64,000 nt of DNA. Origin: a virus. Its lineage: Duplodnaviria; Caudoviricetes. Each line of letters starts with the position of its first letter. The first letter of the stretch is position 1. Where the stretch lies: IMG/VR virus record IMGVR_UViG_3300018012_000099. One strand, given 5' to 3'. This document shows, one piece after another, positions 28,593 to 37,324 of this stretch. The translations under genes and the position numbers were made by a program. The notes under the pieces are model-generated. The model was not told the origin of the DNA. It made no database searches and saw only the letters and a list, made by a program, of their open reading frames with translations.

Positions 28593-28670
28593 AAATCTAA
28601 CAATATTGATGATTTATTTTGGAAAATCGAGGATAATTTGATAAATAAAAACATAATCGATGATATATAA
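28593..28670 (+). repeat. Diverged in-frame second copy of the DnaE C-terminal 25 codons after the dnaE stop
   Basis: KSNNIDDLFWKIEDNLINKNIIDDI* aligns without gaps to KTNDPQDLFEEIEDDLYDRGLIDLD. Confidence 0.7.
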
Positions 28671-28675
28671 AGATT

Positions 28676-29341
28676 ATGAAACTGATTGATGGTAACAAGA
28701 AAAAGTGTAAAAAATGTGGTCGTGTCAAAAATATTAGTGAATTTTCTAAACAAAATGAATATTATAGTGCTAGATGTAAATCTTGTCTAAATAAAAGTAA
28801 AAGGTTAAAATACAAGAAAAATCCCGTTCCTTTTAGATTGGCTGGCAAAACGTATCGTGATAGTCATAAAGATAATAAATCACCCTACAATAGACAATAT
28901 TATCTCAATAATAGAATCAAAATTAGGAACTATCAAAATAGCTATTATGCCAATAAAATTAAAAATGTAGCTTATAGATTAAGGCGTAATATATCTAGGT
29001 TAGTGGCGCACATGCTGCATTCAAAAGACACTAATAAAAATGGTTTTTCTGTTTTACAATTTCTTTCTTTTTCGATTAAAGAATTAAAAGAGCATTTAGA
29101 GCGACAGTTTGAACCATGGATGAGTTGGGCAAATTATGGCTCTTATGATCATGATACTTGGGATGATAATGATTCAACTACCTGGACTTGGCAGTTAGAT
29201 CATATTATCCCACAATCAATATTGCCTTACACGTCTATGACGGACGAGAACTTTCAGAAGTGTTGGGCGTTATCCAATTTGCGTCCGTTATCCGCTAAAC
29301 AAAATTTGTTGGATGGCGCCACTAGGATACGTCATAGGTGA
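28676..29341 (+). CDS. Free-standing HNH-type endonuclease, family copy 4
   Basis: CKKC...CKSC; HLERQFEPWMSWANYG...WQLDHIIP...CWALSNLRPLSAKQN. Confidence 0.8.
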   Translation: MKLIDGNKKKCKKCGRVKNISEFSKQNEYYSARCKSCLNKSKRLKYKKNPVPFRLAGKTYRDSHKDNKSPYNRQYYLNNRIKIRNYQNSYYANKIKNVAYRLRRNISRLVAHMLHSKDTNKNGFSVLQFLSFSIKELKEHLERQFEPWMSWANYGSYDHDTWDDNDSTTWTWQLDHIIPQSILPYTSMTDENFQKCWALSNLRPLSAKQNLLDGATRIRHR

Positions 29342-29444
29342 TATATACGATATGTAATAATAACAAAACTCTTCCTAAGTAAAAGAAAGTGATATAGTTG
29401 ATTATTTTTGTATATAAAACCTATGCATAGTAAGGAATAAAGTT

Positions 29445-30386
29445 ATGCCAAAGATAAAATTAAAGGAATGGGCAGATAGACGTAAACTGTCTTATATTAC
29501 TGCAAATAGACAATTTCACGCCGGTCTAATACCTAATGCGGAGCAACTTCCAACTGGAACTATTCTTGTAGAAGATGATTTAGACCAAATTACATCTGCT
29601 GCTTCCAACGATGCAATATCTTTGTTTTTAAAAAAGACTGTTGAATTTAGTAAGAATAATGCAACGGTAGAAGATTTTGCCGCTTATGTTATTTCCAATT
29701 TCAGTTTGAAGTTGGCTAATAATACGGAAGGACCAAAATATTCGAGACAAAAACCAAAAGCAGAGGATGTTCAAAAACATTTTCAACAGTTTATTCCGAA
29801 GAGTGAGAAACCAAAATCTAATTCATTCATTATGGATCCAGAAGCTTTCGAAGATATCCCAGCAACTAACTCTACAGTTTCTAGGGTAGAGATCGATCAA
29901 GAATTAGTAAGTCAATTTAGTCAAGCAGTTTCCAATCCAGTTAGCGCAGCCCCTACTCCCGGCGGCGTTGCTGGATCCATGAGCACTGAAGGCACGGTTA
30001 CTCGAAGTGTTGATTTGAACACAACTCCACAACCAATCAACTATACCGGCTCTAATAATCTTGCTTTCAGTAGCTCACCCCTTTCAATGCCGATTGATAA
30101 TGCACATGTAGGCGCCCTACTTAGCAACTACACTTTCCAGGTTGGTGTCACTCATAACGCCGCAGCCAACGGTATAGATACTGTAGCTAGCTACCTACCC
30201 AATTCCTCGGGTTTATATTTTACCAATATGTCTTCTGATCCAGATTCTACTGGCACGATCGGATCCACAGATTATATTAGTTCTGTTCAACCGATACAAC
30301 AGGAATTACAATCAGTAAAGACCTCTAGTGACATTAAACTCAATCAACCACGCGCTAAACGTGGCAGAAAACCTAGTAAGAGATAA
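29445..30386 (+). CDS. Protein with IS607-TnpA-like N-terminal HTH and an unrelated Ser/Thr-rich body
   Basis: KLKEWADRRKLSYITANRQFHAGLIP...PTGTILV; no YARVS serine-recombinase motif. Confidence 0.6.
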   Translation: MPKIKLKEWADRRKLSYITANRQFHAGLIPNAEQLPTGTILVEDDLDQITSAASNDAISLFLKKTVEFSKNNATVEDFAAYVISNFSLKLANNTEGPKYSRQKPKAEDVQKHFQQFIPKSEKPKSNSFIMDPEAFEDIPATNSTVSRVEIDQELVSQFSQAVSNPVSAAPTPGGVAGSMSTEGTVTRSVDLNTTPQPINYTGSNNLAFSSSPLSMPIDNAHVGALLSNYTFQVGVTHNAAANGIDTVASYLPNSSGLYFTNMSSDPDSTGTIGSTDYISSVQPIQQELQSVKTSSDIKLNQPRAKRGRKPSKR

Positions 30387-30390
30387 GATC

Positions 30391-31209
30391 ATGCAACTCC
30401 CTCAATTCCAAACACCTGGTGTCTTTTTAAAGCGCTACTTTCAGAATAACCCAAAACAACTGAATAAATATGTTCAGGTTGGATTGGTAGCAGCTAAGTT
30501 AGTGGTAACTCCATTATCTGCAGTGCTAAAGCATCTCATTGAAGTGCAAGGGATGGATCCGAATACGGAATCAGGACGTAGAATGCGTGAAGACTTTCAA
30601 GAAGCTCTTAATCGTGCTTTGGGGCAATTACATAATCACGAATATGATAGTGATTTTGATTTCTCTTGGTTAAACAAGAAGTTTAAAGAAGCTCATAATG
30701 GTGTATTTCCTCTTGATCTAAGCAAAGATGATTTTAAGGAATTAACCGACGTGAGTCACCTCAACTCTCCATCGCCCGTTGTTCCCAATCAAAGTCCAGT
30801 GGATGAGTTAGCTGATCTCATAGAAGAAGATTTGGTTAATCCAATTGCTCCCGAACCTGCGGAGCAAGTGTGGGACCTCTATTTTGGCCACGATATCTCC
30901 AAATTGGAATTGCCGAATGATAGAAAACTAAAAGATGCCCTAGAAAGATTAGTTTGGATCGATAAAGATATCGAAGAAGAAAATGAAAAACTTGATCCTA
31001 AAGAGCTATTCGCCCGAACAGATTACCTTAAGAAGTTAAAGAAAGATCTTAAGCAATATGGTGAGTCAGCTCGTCCGCTCAAAAAAGGGGGCAAGATTCG
31101 TAGAACTAAGACTGGCAATACTAAAGCTGTTAAGAAAGTTCCCAGAAAGTCTCTTAAGTCGATTAAGAAGACTTTAAACAAAGGTATCTTTAGTCGTACC
31201 CCTCGCTAA
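30391..31209 (+). CDS. Hypothetical protein with acidic middle and basic tail
   Basis: Start placed at ATG 30391. Confidence 0.65.
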   Translation: MQLPQFQTPGVFLKRYFQNNPKQLNKYVQVGLVAAKLVVTPLSAVLKHLIEVQGMDPNTESGRRMREDFQEALNRALGQLHNHEYDSDFDFSWLNKKFKEAHNGVFPLDLSKDDFKELTDVSHLNSPSPVVPNQSPVDELADLIEEDLVNPIAPEPAEQVWDLYFGHDISKLELPNDRKLKDALERLVWIDKDIEEENEKLDPKELFARTDYLKKLKKDLKQYGESARPLKKGGKIRRTKTGNTKAVKKVPRKSLKSIKKTLNKGIFSRTPR

Positions 31210-31232
31210 AAGGGCATACAAGCAGAGGAACT

Positions 31233-31688
31233 ATGCCATATAGAAACGTCAAATTACGCTCAGACAGAGGAAGTATCAGAAACTTACATAATGCTCAAGA
31301 CGAGTATTTTGGGGACCCTACGCCCGAGGAATTAGAGCTAAAGAAGCTATATGAGTATGCCCAAGCTACTAAAGATAAGAGATTACAAGATTCTTTGGGT
31401 TTTATTGTAATGAATCATCCAGGTGATAGAGCAGCTTTTCCAATTAGCGTATATCGTCATCGTGAGTATATTAACTCTCTTAGTCAAGAGAGAGTTGATC
31501 AAATAAAGCAGATGAAAAATGAACTATCTGGTTGTTTCCCAACTAGATTTGAAGATTCCTCTCCTATTGAGAGACGATCACAATACAAACAAATTTTCTC
31601 TCGTGCAGCTATTGCCGCCCCAAATGAAATGATTAAGATGGCGGGCGCTAGAGTGAGAGTTAAACGATCTTTTAGAAGGACACCGTAA
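31233..31688 (+). CDS. Hypothetical protein
   Basis: 151 aa; GAGGA RBS. Confidence 0.65.
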   Translation: MPYRNVKLRSDRGSIRNLHNAQDEYFGDPTPEELELKKLYEYAQATKDKRLQDSLGFIVMNHPGDRAAFPISVYRHREYINSLSQERVDQIKQMKNELSGCFPTRFEDSSPIERRSQYKQIFSRAAIAAPNEMIKMAGARVRVKRSFRRTP

Positions 31689-31723
31689 CGAGCTGTTATA
31701 GATCCTGGGAAGAAGGATGAATA

Positions 31724-32617
31724 ATGAAATGCATCTCATGTGAATCAGAAATCAATCCAAAGTTCAGGCACGCTATTGAACAAAATGTGTGTCCCTTCTG
31801 CGGTAGCTCTATAATGGAAGAGCTACTTAAAAGTTTATTAGTGTCTTTGGCTGATACTATGCAAAAAATGCAAGCATATCCTGAACAACTGAATGATTGG
31901 CTTCTCTCCAACTATAACTACATCAAGACAGATAGTTATGACCTAATTAGGTTTGTCTCAAAAGAGCAACTAAAGGATTTGAAGAAAGAAGTAGATGACG
32001 AAGATTTTTTGGAACGTAAGAAGAAAGTTATCAAGGTCAAGGTCGAAAATGGTAAGGAGGTTGAGGTAGTGACTGAGAAAATACAGTCAGATTCCAAAAC
32101 CGCTGGCTTTTTCGAACGAGCCCAAATTATCAAAAGAGGCGAAGATGATGAAAAAGAAGACGTTCAACTTAACACCGTCAAATCCTCTAAGAAGCCCCGT
32201 ACCTTTACCAGTGCTGCCGAAAAAACTCGATATCTTAAAGAAGTCAAGAAAAAGATTGAAAGCGAGGGTGCGCAAATTGCCATCGGGGAAACTGGTTTGG
32301 CTTCGATGATTGATTCGAAAAATTTAGAGAGTGCCGACCCTGAATTAGTGTCGGCATTATCGTCAGAGTTGAGCGACGGAGATATAATCACTTCAGCACT
32401 CCCCCCGGGTGGCTTGGACGATGAAGATGCTATGACCGATCGTATTTTATCTATTAATAGGGCGGCTGCGGGTAAAGGCAAAAGTAAGAGTAGTGAATAT
32501 AATGAAGCTGATGTTAGGTCTCTTCGAGAGATGCATGATCGTGTAGCTAAGTCTAAAAAATCTTTCGAAGATGGTGAAAATCGTGGTGGTAAAGGTGGCG
32601 GGTTTTCTAGGGTGTAA
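31724..32617 (+). CDS. Hypothetical protein with N-terminal zinc ribbon
   Basis: CISC...CPFCG. Confidence 0.7.
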   Translation: MKCISCESEINPKFRHAIEQNVCPFCGSSIMEELLKSLLVSLADTMQKMQAYPEQLNDWLLSNYNYIKTDSYDLIRFVSKEQLKDLKKEVDDEDFLERKKKVIKVKVENGKEVEVVTEKIQSDSKTAGFFERAQIIKRGEDDEKEDVQLNTVKSSKKPRTFTSAAEKTRYLKEVKKKIESEGAQIAIGETGLASMIDSKNLESADPELVSALSSELSDGDIITSALPPGGLDDEDAMTDRILSINRAAAGKGKSKSSEYNEADVRSLREMHDRVAKSKKSFEDGENRGGKGGGFSRV

Positions 32618-32619
32618 AG

Positions 32620-32928
32620 ATGATTCAAATTATCGATAATAAGAAAGTAGAGATGACGCCTGACGAACATCAAATGTATTTGAAGATCGTCAAGTCTTAC
32701 ACCACCATGACTAATAAGGGCGAAGATCTATTTATTGATTTATTCGAGACTGATGAGAATGGTATCATTATCTTCCTTAAGCCACCCTCTAAAAGACAGA
32801 CTAGTTTTGAAGTATGGATGTTTTTAATGGCACTTTGTCAGCATCAGCACTTGCGTCAAATGTACAAACAGGTAGAAGATGCAATTCAACAAATGAAAAC
32901 GAAGATGCAAGAAATGTCTTTTAAATAA
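32620..32928 (+). CDS. Hypothetical protein
   Basis: 102-aa ORF. Confidence 0.65.
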   Translation: MIQIIDNKKVEMTPDEHQMYLKIVKSYTTMTNKGEDLFIDLFETDENGIIIFLKPPSKRQTSFEVWMFLMALCQHQHLRQMYKQVEDAIQQMKTKMQEMSFK

Positions 32929-32933
32929 TTAAG

Positions 32934-32950
32934 TTTGTCGAGAAAAAGTT
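32934..32950 (+). promoter_or_regulatory. TTTGTCGAGAAAAAGTT motif, copy A
   Basis: Exact 17-nt match to 35364..35380; intergenic, upstream of the uvsY-like/recA genes. Confidence 0.65.
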
Positions 32951-32982
32951 CGTTTAATTCAATATTATAGATAGGAAGACAG

Positions 32983-33492
32983 ATGGCTCAACAGGTAAGG
33001 CTTGGTGAACTCCTCGGAGACACCATGGAAGAAGAGTTTATTAATTTTGATATGACGGAAATCCAGCAAGTATTGGATAACCTTCGAGATATTAGTGCAA
33101 TCGATTTGGCTCACGCCGAACTATTGCAACAACAGTCGTTAAGAGCCGCAGATATTCTCATCGAATACATGGCTAAAATAGCTAAAACAGTAGGACATTT
33201 AGAAGCCAAAGTTAATAGCACAAAGAATAGGATCTCAATGGAGTACCAAGCACCTGAGGGCGCACGTACCACCTTGGATATGAAGAAATGGGCAGGAGAA
33301 ACGTCGCCCGAAGTAGTTGAAGTGCAGACTAGGTTAGCCGCCGCCAAAGGAAGTAAGGTTTACCTGGACCGAAAATACGAGATTTTAGTCAAAGCCCACC
33401 ATCATTTTAAAGATATTGCGGCGGGCATGCGTAAGACGATCCTTGGATATAGTTCAGGTACCTCGGAACCCACGGCATCAGGCTGGGAATAA
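32983..33492 (+). CDS. UvsY-like recombination mediator (tentative)
   Basis: Helical protein with T.D.KK..E....V pattern directly upstream of RecA. Confidence 0.45.
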   Translation: MAQQVRLGELLGDTMEEEFINFDMTEIQQVLDNLRDISAIDLAHAELLQQQSLRAADILIEYMAKIAKTVGHLEAKVNSTKNRISMEYQAPEGARTTLDMKKWAGETSPEVVEVQTRLAAAKGSKVYLDRKYEILVKAHHHFKDIAAGMRKTILGYSSGTSEPTASGWE

Positions 33493-33503
33493 TTGGAGAG
33501 AAA

Positions 33504-34697
33504 ATGGCAGATGGTAAGAAGGATAAGTTTAGCGAGTTTTTCGCAAGCTTTGCAGAATCGGAAGATCATTTAGATTTCAGAATTGCTCACGAAACTGTTG
33601 GTGAAAAAATTCCAGCTATTTCTACTGGCTCTTACGCTTTGGATGATGCCCTATCTTCTGGTGGGCTTCCTAAGGGAAGATTAATTCAATATTACGGACC
33701 TCCCGGAAGCGGTAAGACTCTAATGGCTTTAATCGCCATCGTAGAGGCACAGAAAGATGATCCTACTGCACAGCAGATGTTCATCGATGCAGAACAGACT
33801 TTTGATCCGAATTGGGCGGAGATTCTAGGAGTAGATACTTCTAGAGTAATAGTAGTTGATAGTGACACTGCCGCTAATGGTCGCAAATGTTTCGAGATGC
33901 TCTTGGGTGTTCCTAAGGAAGATGCTAAGACTCATCAACTAAAAGGTAAAAGCAAGCCGGGACTGTTTGATAATATTATTAGTGGCGATTTCAACATCAA
34001 TCTAATTGTGTTGGACTCACTGGGTTCCATCGTCCCGCCGGGAGAAGATACTTCTGCAGTTGGTAAAATGAACATGGCTCTTCTAGCCAGATTTCTTACA
34101 ACTACTTTCCGCAAGCTTACTTTGGAAGTGAATAAAGCGCAGGTTCCTTTCATTATTATCAATCATCAGAAAGATAACATGGATCCATATGGTGCAGATC
34201 ATACATTCTCTGGTGGAAACACTTACGCACATACTTTGAGCGCAAATGTTTATTTCGAAGCAGTTCAACGTAAAGATGCTATGATCTTGGACGAGAAGGA
34301 AAACAAGATTGGGCATCCTCTTCGCGCTACTATCGAAAAGTCTAAATTTGGACCTTGGCCACGCAAGTGTGAATTTAAGGTGAACTTTGGAATTGGTGTT
34401 ATAGATAAGCACGAAGAAATCGCACAGCTTGCTTTAGATTACAATGTAGTGACCAAGCCGTCTACCGTGTCTCACGAGTACGGCGACCGTAAATGGGTCG
34501 GTTTTCCTAAGTATTCTGAAGCTATCAAAGACGATTCGGTTCTGGCAGACGAGCTACTGGTTAAAATAAATGCAGCTCGTGAAGCTAAAATGGAAGCCAA
34601 GCGCCAAGAACAAGCTGCAAAGAGAGCCGCTTTTGAAGCGACTGTTGCAGCCGCTCCTGAAAAGAAGACCAAGAAAGGTAAGAAAGATGCCGACTGA
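33504..34697 (+). CDS. recA: RecA/UvsX recombinase
   Basis: ISTGSYALD.ALSSGGLPKGR, GPPGSGKT, FIDAE, IVLDSL, GGN, KSKFGP. Confidence 0.95.
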   Translation: MADGKKDKFSEFFASFAESEDHLDFRIAHETVGEKIPAISTGSYALDDALSSGGLPKGRLIQYYGPPGSGKTLMALIAIVEAQKDDPTAQQMFIDAEQTFDPNWAEILGVDTSRVIVVDSDTAANGRKCFEMLLGVPKEDAKTHQLKGKSKPGLFDNIISGDFNINLIVLDSLGSIVPPGEDTSAVGKMNMALLARFLTTTFRKLTLEVNKAQVPFIIINHQKDNMDPYGADHTFSGGNTYAHTLSANVYFEAVQRKDAMILDEKENKIGHPLRATIEKSKFGPWPRKCEFKVNFGIGVIDKHEEIAQLALDYNVVTKPSTVSHEYGDRKWVGFPKYSEAIKDDSVLADELLVKINAAREAKMEAKRQEQAAKRAAFEATVAAAPEKKTKKGKKDAD

Positions 34698-35025
34698 TAT
34701 TGCAATAGGAACAGCTAATTTGCCAACCGGAACCCCAATACTCAAGAAACCCGTCTATCTAATAGTGCTAGTAGATGGTTCTGGTAAGACAGCGACAGAG
34801 ACGAATTTTATTGCCACCGATCGTCCAGATCTATCCTACGGTTTTGTTTCAGTAAGGGGAATTTATTGCGAAGCTGATAAAGAAGAGATTGTAAAGAACT
34901 TTGCAGAGCTTGTTAATAAAGCTCCGAAAGATACGGTATTAGAAATGGTATTCCCGGCTCATAGAATTAAGAGCATCAGAAGTTTAGTTTTTAATGCTGT
35001 CAAACCTACTATGGTTAGTAGATAA
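34687..35025 (+). CDS. Hypothetical protein
   Basis: ATG 34687 overlaps the recA stop region. Confidence 0.6.
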   Translation: MPTDIAIGTANLPTGTPILKKPVYLIVLVDGSGKTATETNFIATDRPDLSYGFVSVRGIYCEADKEEIVKNFAELVNKAPKDTVLEMVFPAHRIKSIRSLVFNAVKPTMVSR

Positions 35026-35045
35026 TTAAGAAAGTGAGATAGAAC

Positions 35046-35363
35046 ATGTCATCTAAGAGAAAGTCAACAAGTGTCCGTAGCAGCACCACTCAAATCAGCG
35101 TCGATGATGTTGTATTAAGTGGTATTCTAACGGTGTTGGTTAGAAGCGATGTAAGAGGTTGGTCTGGTACAATGACGGATCTGCAAACAGCTCTCGTCAG
35201 AGTATTGGGCAAGAGACGCTCTTTGGTTCTCCCTGGTTCACCAGGGGCTCTAAGAGTCGTAGTTAATAGGGTGGTCAATCGACTACGCACCCGTGGTATC
35301 AGCGTAAGATTTACTCGTACGCCTGATCATGCAAGAACTCGTTTCGTAAAATTTTCTAGATAA
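35046..35363 (+). CDS. Small basic protein resembling a stand-alone winged-helix domain
   Basis: WSGTMTDL...LPGSPGAL...NRLRTRGISVRF.R pattern. Confidence 0.5.
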   Translation: MSSKRKSTSVRSSTTQISVDDVVLSGILTVLVRSDVRGWSGTMTDLQTALVRVLGKRRSLVLPGSPGALRVVVNRVVNRLRTRGISVRFTRTPDHARTRFVKFSR

Positions 35364-35380
35364 TTTGTCGAGAAAAAGTT
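35364..35380 (+). promoter_or_regulatory. TTTGTCGAGAAAAAGTT motif, copy B
   Basis: Exact match to 32934..32950; upstream of HNH copy 5 and the SSB gene. Confidence 0.65.
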
Positions 35381-35401
35381 TAGCGCAATATATTTATAAG
35401 C

Positions 35402-36073
35402 ATGACAAAAACATGCTCTAAATGTAAAATAGAAAAAGATCTATCCACTTTCTCAAAAAGTAAGAGAGGTAAAGGTGGATACAGAGCAGAGTGTAAAGAT
35501 TGCGAAAAACTGTATCGTAAAATTAATAGTAAAAGAAGGCAGGAATATAAAAAGTCTTATTATGAAGATAATAAGACTCAAATAAAAGAATATCAGAAAA
35601 ATAATCAGGAAGAAATAAGAAAATACAAACAGGAATGGTGTAAGAAAAATACTGAAAAATCTAAAATACATAGAAGAGCTTATTTGAATGATCGTTATAA
35701 AAGCGATCCACTTTTTAGATTACACAGGATAGTTTCAAAAGCAACTTATGAGAGCTTGCGAAAAATAGATAGTAGTAAAAATAATCAATCAGTTTTAAAG
35801 TTTTTACCTTTCGAATCTTGGGCAAAATTGAAAAATCATATAGAAAAACAGTTTGAACCCTGGATGACTTGGGATAATCAAGGTAAATATGATCCAAAAA
35901 CATGGAACGATAATGATCAATCTACATGGACTTGGCAGCTGGATCATATCATCCCGCAAAGTAGGTTCAAGTATAGCTCGATGAATGATGAAGAGTTTAG
36001 AAAATGTTGGGCGTTAGATAATCTTCGTCCATATCCATCTAAACATAATGTAACAGAAAAAGATAGAAGATAA
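35402..36073 (+). CDS. Free-standing HNH-type endonuclease, family copy 5
   Basis: CSKC...CKDC; QFEPWMTWDNQG...WQLDHIIP...CWALDNLRPY. Confidence 0.8.
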   Translation: MTKTCSKCKIEKDLSTFSKSKRGKGGYRAECKDCEKLYRKINSKRRQEYKKSYYEDNKTQIKEYQKNNQEEIRKYKQEWCKKNTEKSKIHRRAYLNDRYKSDPLFRLHRIVSKATYESLRKIDSSKNNQSVLKFLPFESWAKLKNHIEKQFEPWMTWDNQGKYDPKTWNDNDQSTWTWQLDHIIPQSRFKYSSMNDEEFRKCWALDNLRPYPSKHNVTEKDRR

Positions 36074-36090
36074 TATCAATAGGAGATCAA

Positions 36091-36816
36091 ATGAGTACAT
36101 TTGGAGAAGTAAGCTGGAATGATGATGTTTTCGCCGGCGAAAATAAGAAACAAACAAATAGTAAGGACCTCTTCCTTCGTCTCAGTGATGGAGATAATGA
36201 GATGAGAATTGTCACCCAACCTTTTCAATACTTGGTTCACAAGTACAAGAAGGAAGGTGATGCTGGATTCGGACAGAAAATTAATTGTTCCGCTATTCAC
36301 GGAAGTTGCCCACTCTGTGCGTTGGGTGATAAAGCTAAGCCACGTTGGCTGCTCGGTGTAATCAGCAAGAGTGGCGCTACATCTGGCACCTATAAGATCC
36401 TGGATATTTCTTTCGCTGTTTTCGGGCAAATCCGCAAGTATGCAAGAAACACCAAGACTTGGGGTGATCCAACCAAGTACGACATCAACATTGTCGTCAA
36501 TAAGAACGCTGACCCAATCAGCTACTACCAAGTTCAACCAATTCCTAAGAGCGCACTAACTGCTGAAGAGCAGAAGGTTCGTGATGAGAAGGTGGACATG
36601 GATGACCTGAAGCGCAGAGTAACTCCACCTACCGCTGATGTTGTGCAGAAGAGAATGGATAAGATCAACGGTGTTGCTACCGACGCTTCTGTCAATGGTA
36701 AGAAGACTGCTGCTGCCTCAAAGGTTGCCTCTAAGGCTACTACTCCGGCAGTTAGCATGACTGATGATGAAGATTTGGAAAATTCTTTTCCATCTTATGA
36801 CGAGCAACAATCATAA
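36091..36816 (+). CDS. Single-stranded DNA-binding protein (T4 gp32-like)
   Basis: FLRLSDG.NEMRI, H...C...CPLC zinc site, acidic C-terminal tail; located in the recombination cluster. Confidence 0.75.
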   Translation: MSTFGEVSWNDDVFAGENKKQTNSKDLFLRLSDGDNEMRIVTQPFQYLVHKYKKEGDAGFGQKINCSAIHGSCPLCALGDKAKPRWLLGVISKSGATSGTYKILDISFAVFGQIRKYARNTKTWGDPTKYDINIVVNKNADPISYYQVQPIPKSALTAEEQKVRDEKVDMDDLKRRVTPPTADVVQKRMDKINGVATDASVNGKKTAAASKVASKATTPAVSMTDDEDLENSFPSYDEQQS

Positions 36817-36838
36817 GATCGTTTCTGCTTCCTGAGTA

Positions 36839-36870
36839 AAAGGCTTCAAGGATAATACTTTGAAGCCTTT
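36839..36870. terminator. Intrinsic terminator-like hairpin after the SSB gene
   Basis: AAAGGCTTCAA-N10-TTGAAGCCTTT, an 11-bp perfect stem followed by T-rich sequence. Confidence 0.7.
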
Positions 36871-36894
36871 CTAGTTTTATCGATAGGAGTTAAT

Positions 36895-37275
36895 GTGGGA
36901 TATAGGACTCAAAGAATTACCGATCGTTTCAAATACGAAAGGGACAAAGAACGTAAACAGGAAAGAACAGAAAATCGTAATAAACAACATATGAAATTAT
37001 GGAATGTGGCTACATTTAGTTGGATAGGAAAGTCTTTTGAAACTGTACAAAATCCTATTTTCATGTCTTTTGTTAGCACAATTGCTACATTTTTAGCCGC
37101 CTATTTCTGTTTTGGTCTCGTATGGTGGAAGTTTGGGCTAATAGCTTCTGCTCCTTATATATTACAATTATCCATTTGGCTGATAAGGAAGTTTGTTCTA
37201 AATGTCAGTCGCATGTTAAAGTGGTGGGATCGTTTTTATGACTGGTGTAATAGAAAAAATTCCGGTCTAGAATAA
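36895..37275 (+). CDS. Hypothetical membrane protein
   Basis: Two hydrophobic segments; GTG start 5 nt after AGGAG. Confidence 0.55.
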   Translation: MGYRTQRITDRFKYERDKERKQERTENRNKQHMKLWNVATFSWIGKSFETVQNPIFMSFVSTIATFLAAYFCFGLVWWKFGLIASAPYILQLSIWLIRKFVLNVSRMLKWWDRFYDWCNRKNSGLE

Positions 37276-37324
37276 CCGATTGTAGTATTTTCGGCAACTT
37301 CTACTAATATTTTTTCATCTGTGT

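Noticed and set aside
29445-31209. Intact IS607/IS200 element
   Set aside because: Only an HTH-like segment; no catalytic recombinase domain, tnpB or element ends
8316-36090. RNA-guided (IscB/HEARO-like) systems around the HNH genes
   Set aside because: No RuvC or PLMP motifs, and the flanking gaps (0-100 nt) are too short and unconserved for a guide RNA
36893-36994. 33-aa ATG-started ORF overlapping 36895..37275
   Set aside because: The ATG is only 3 nt from the RBS, and the GTG frame gives a longer, membrane-protein-like product
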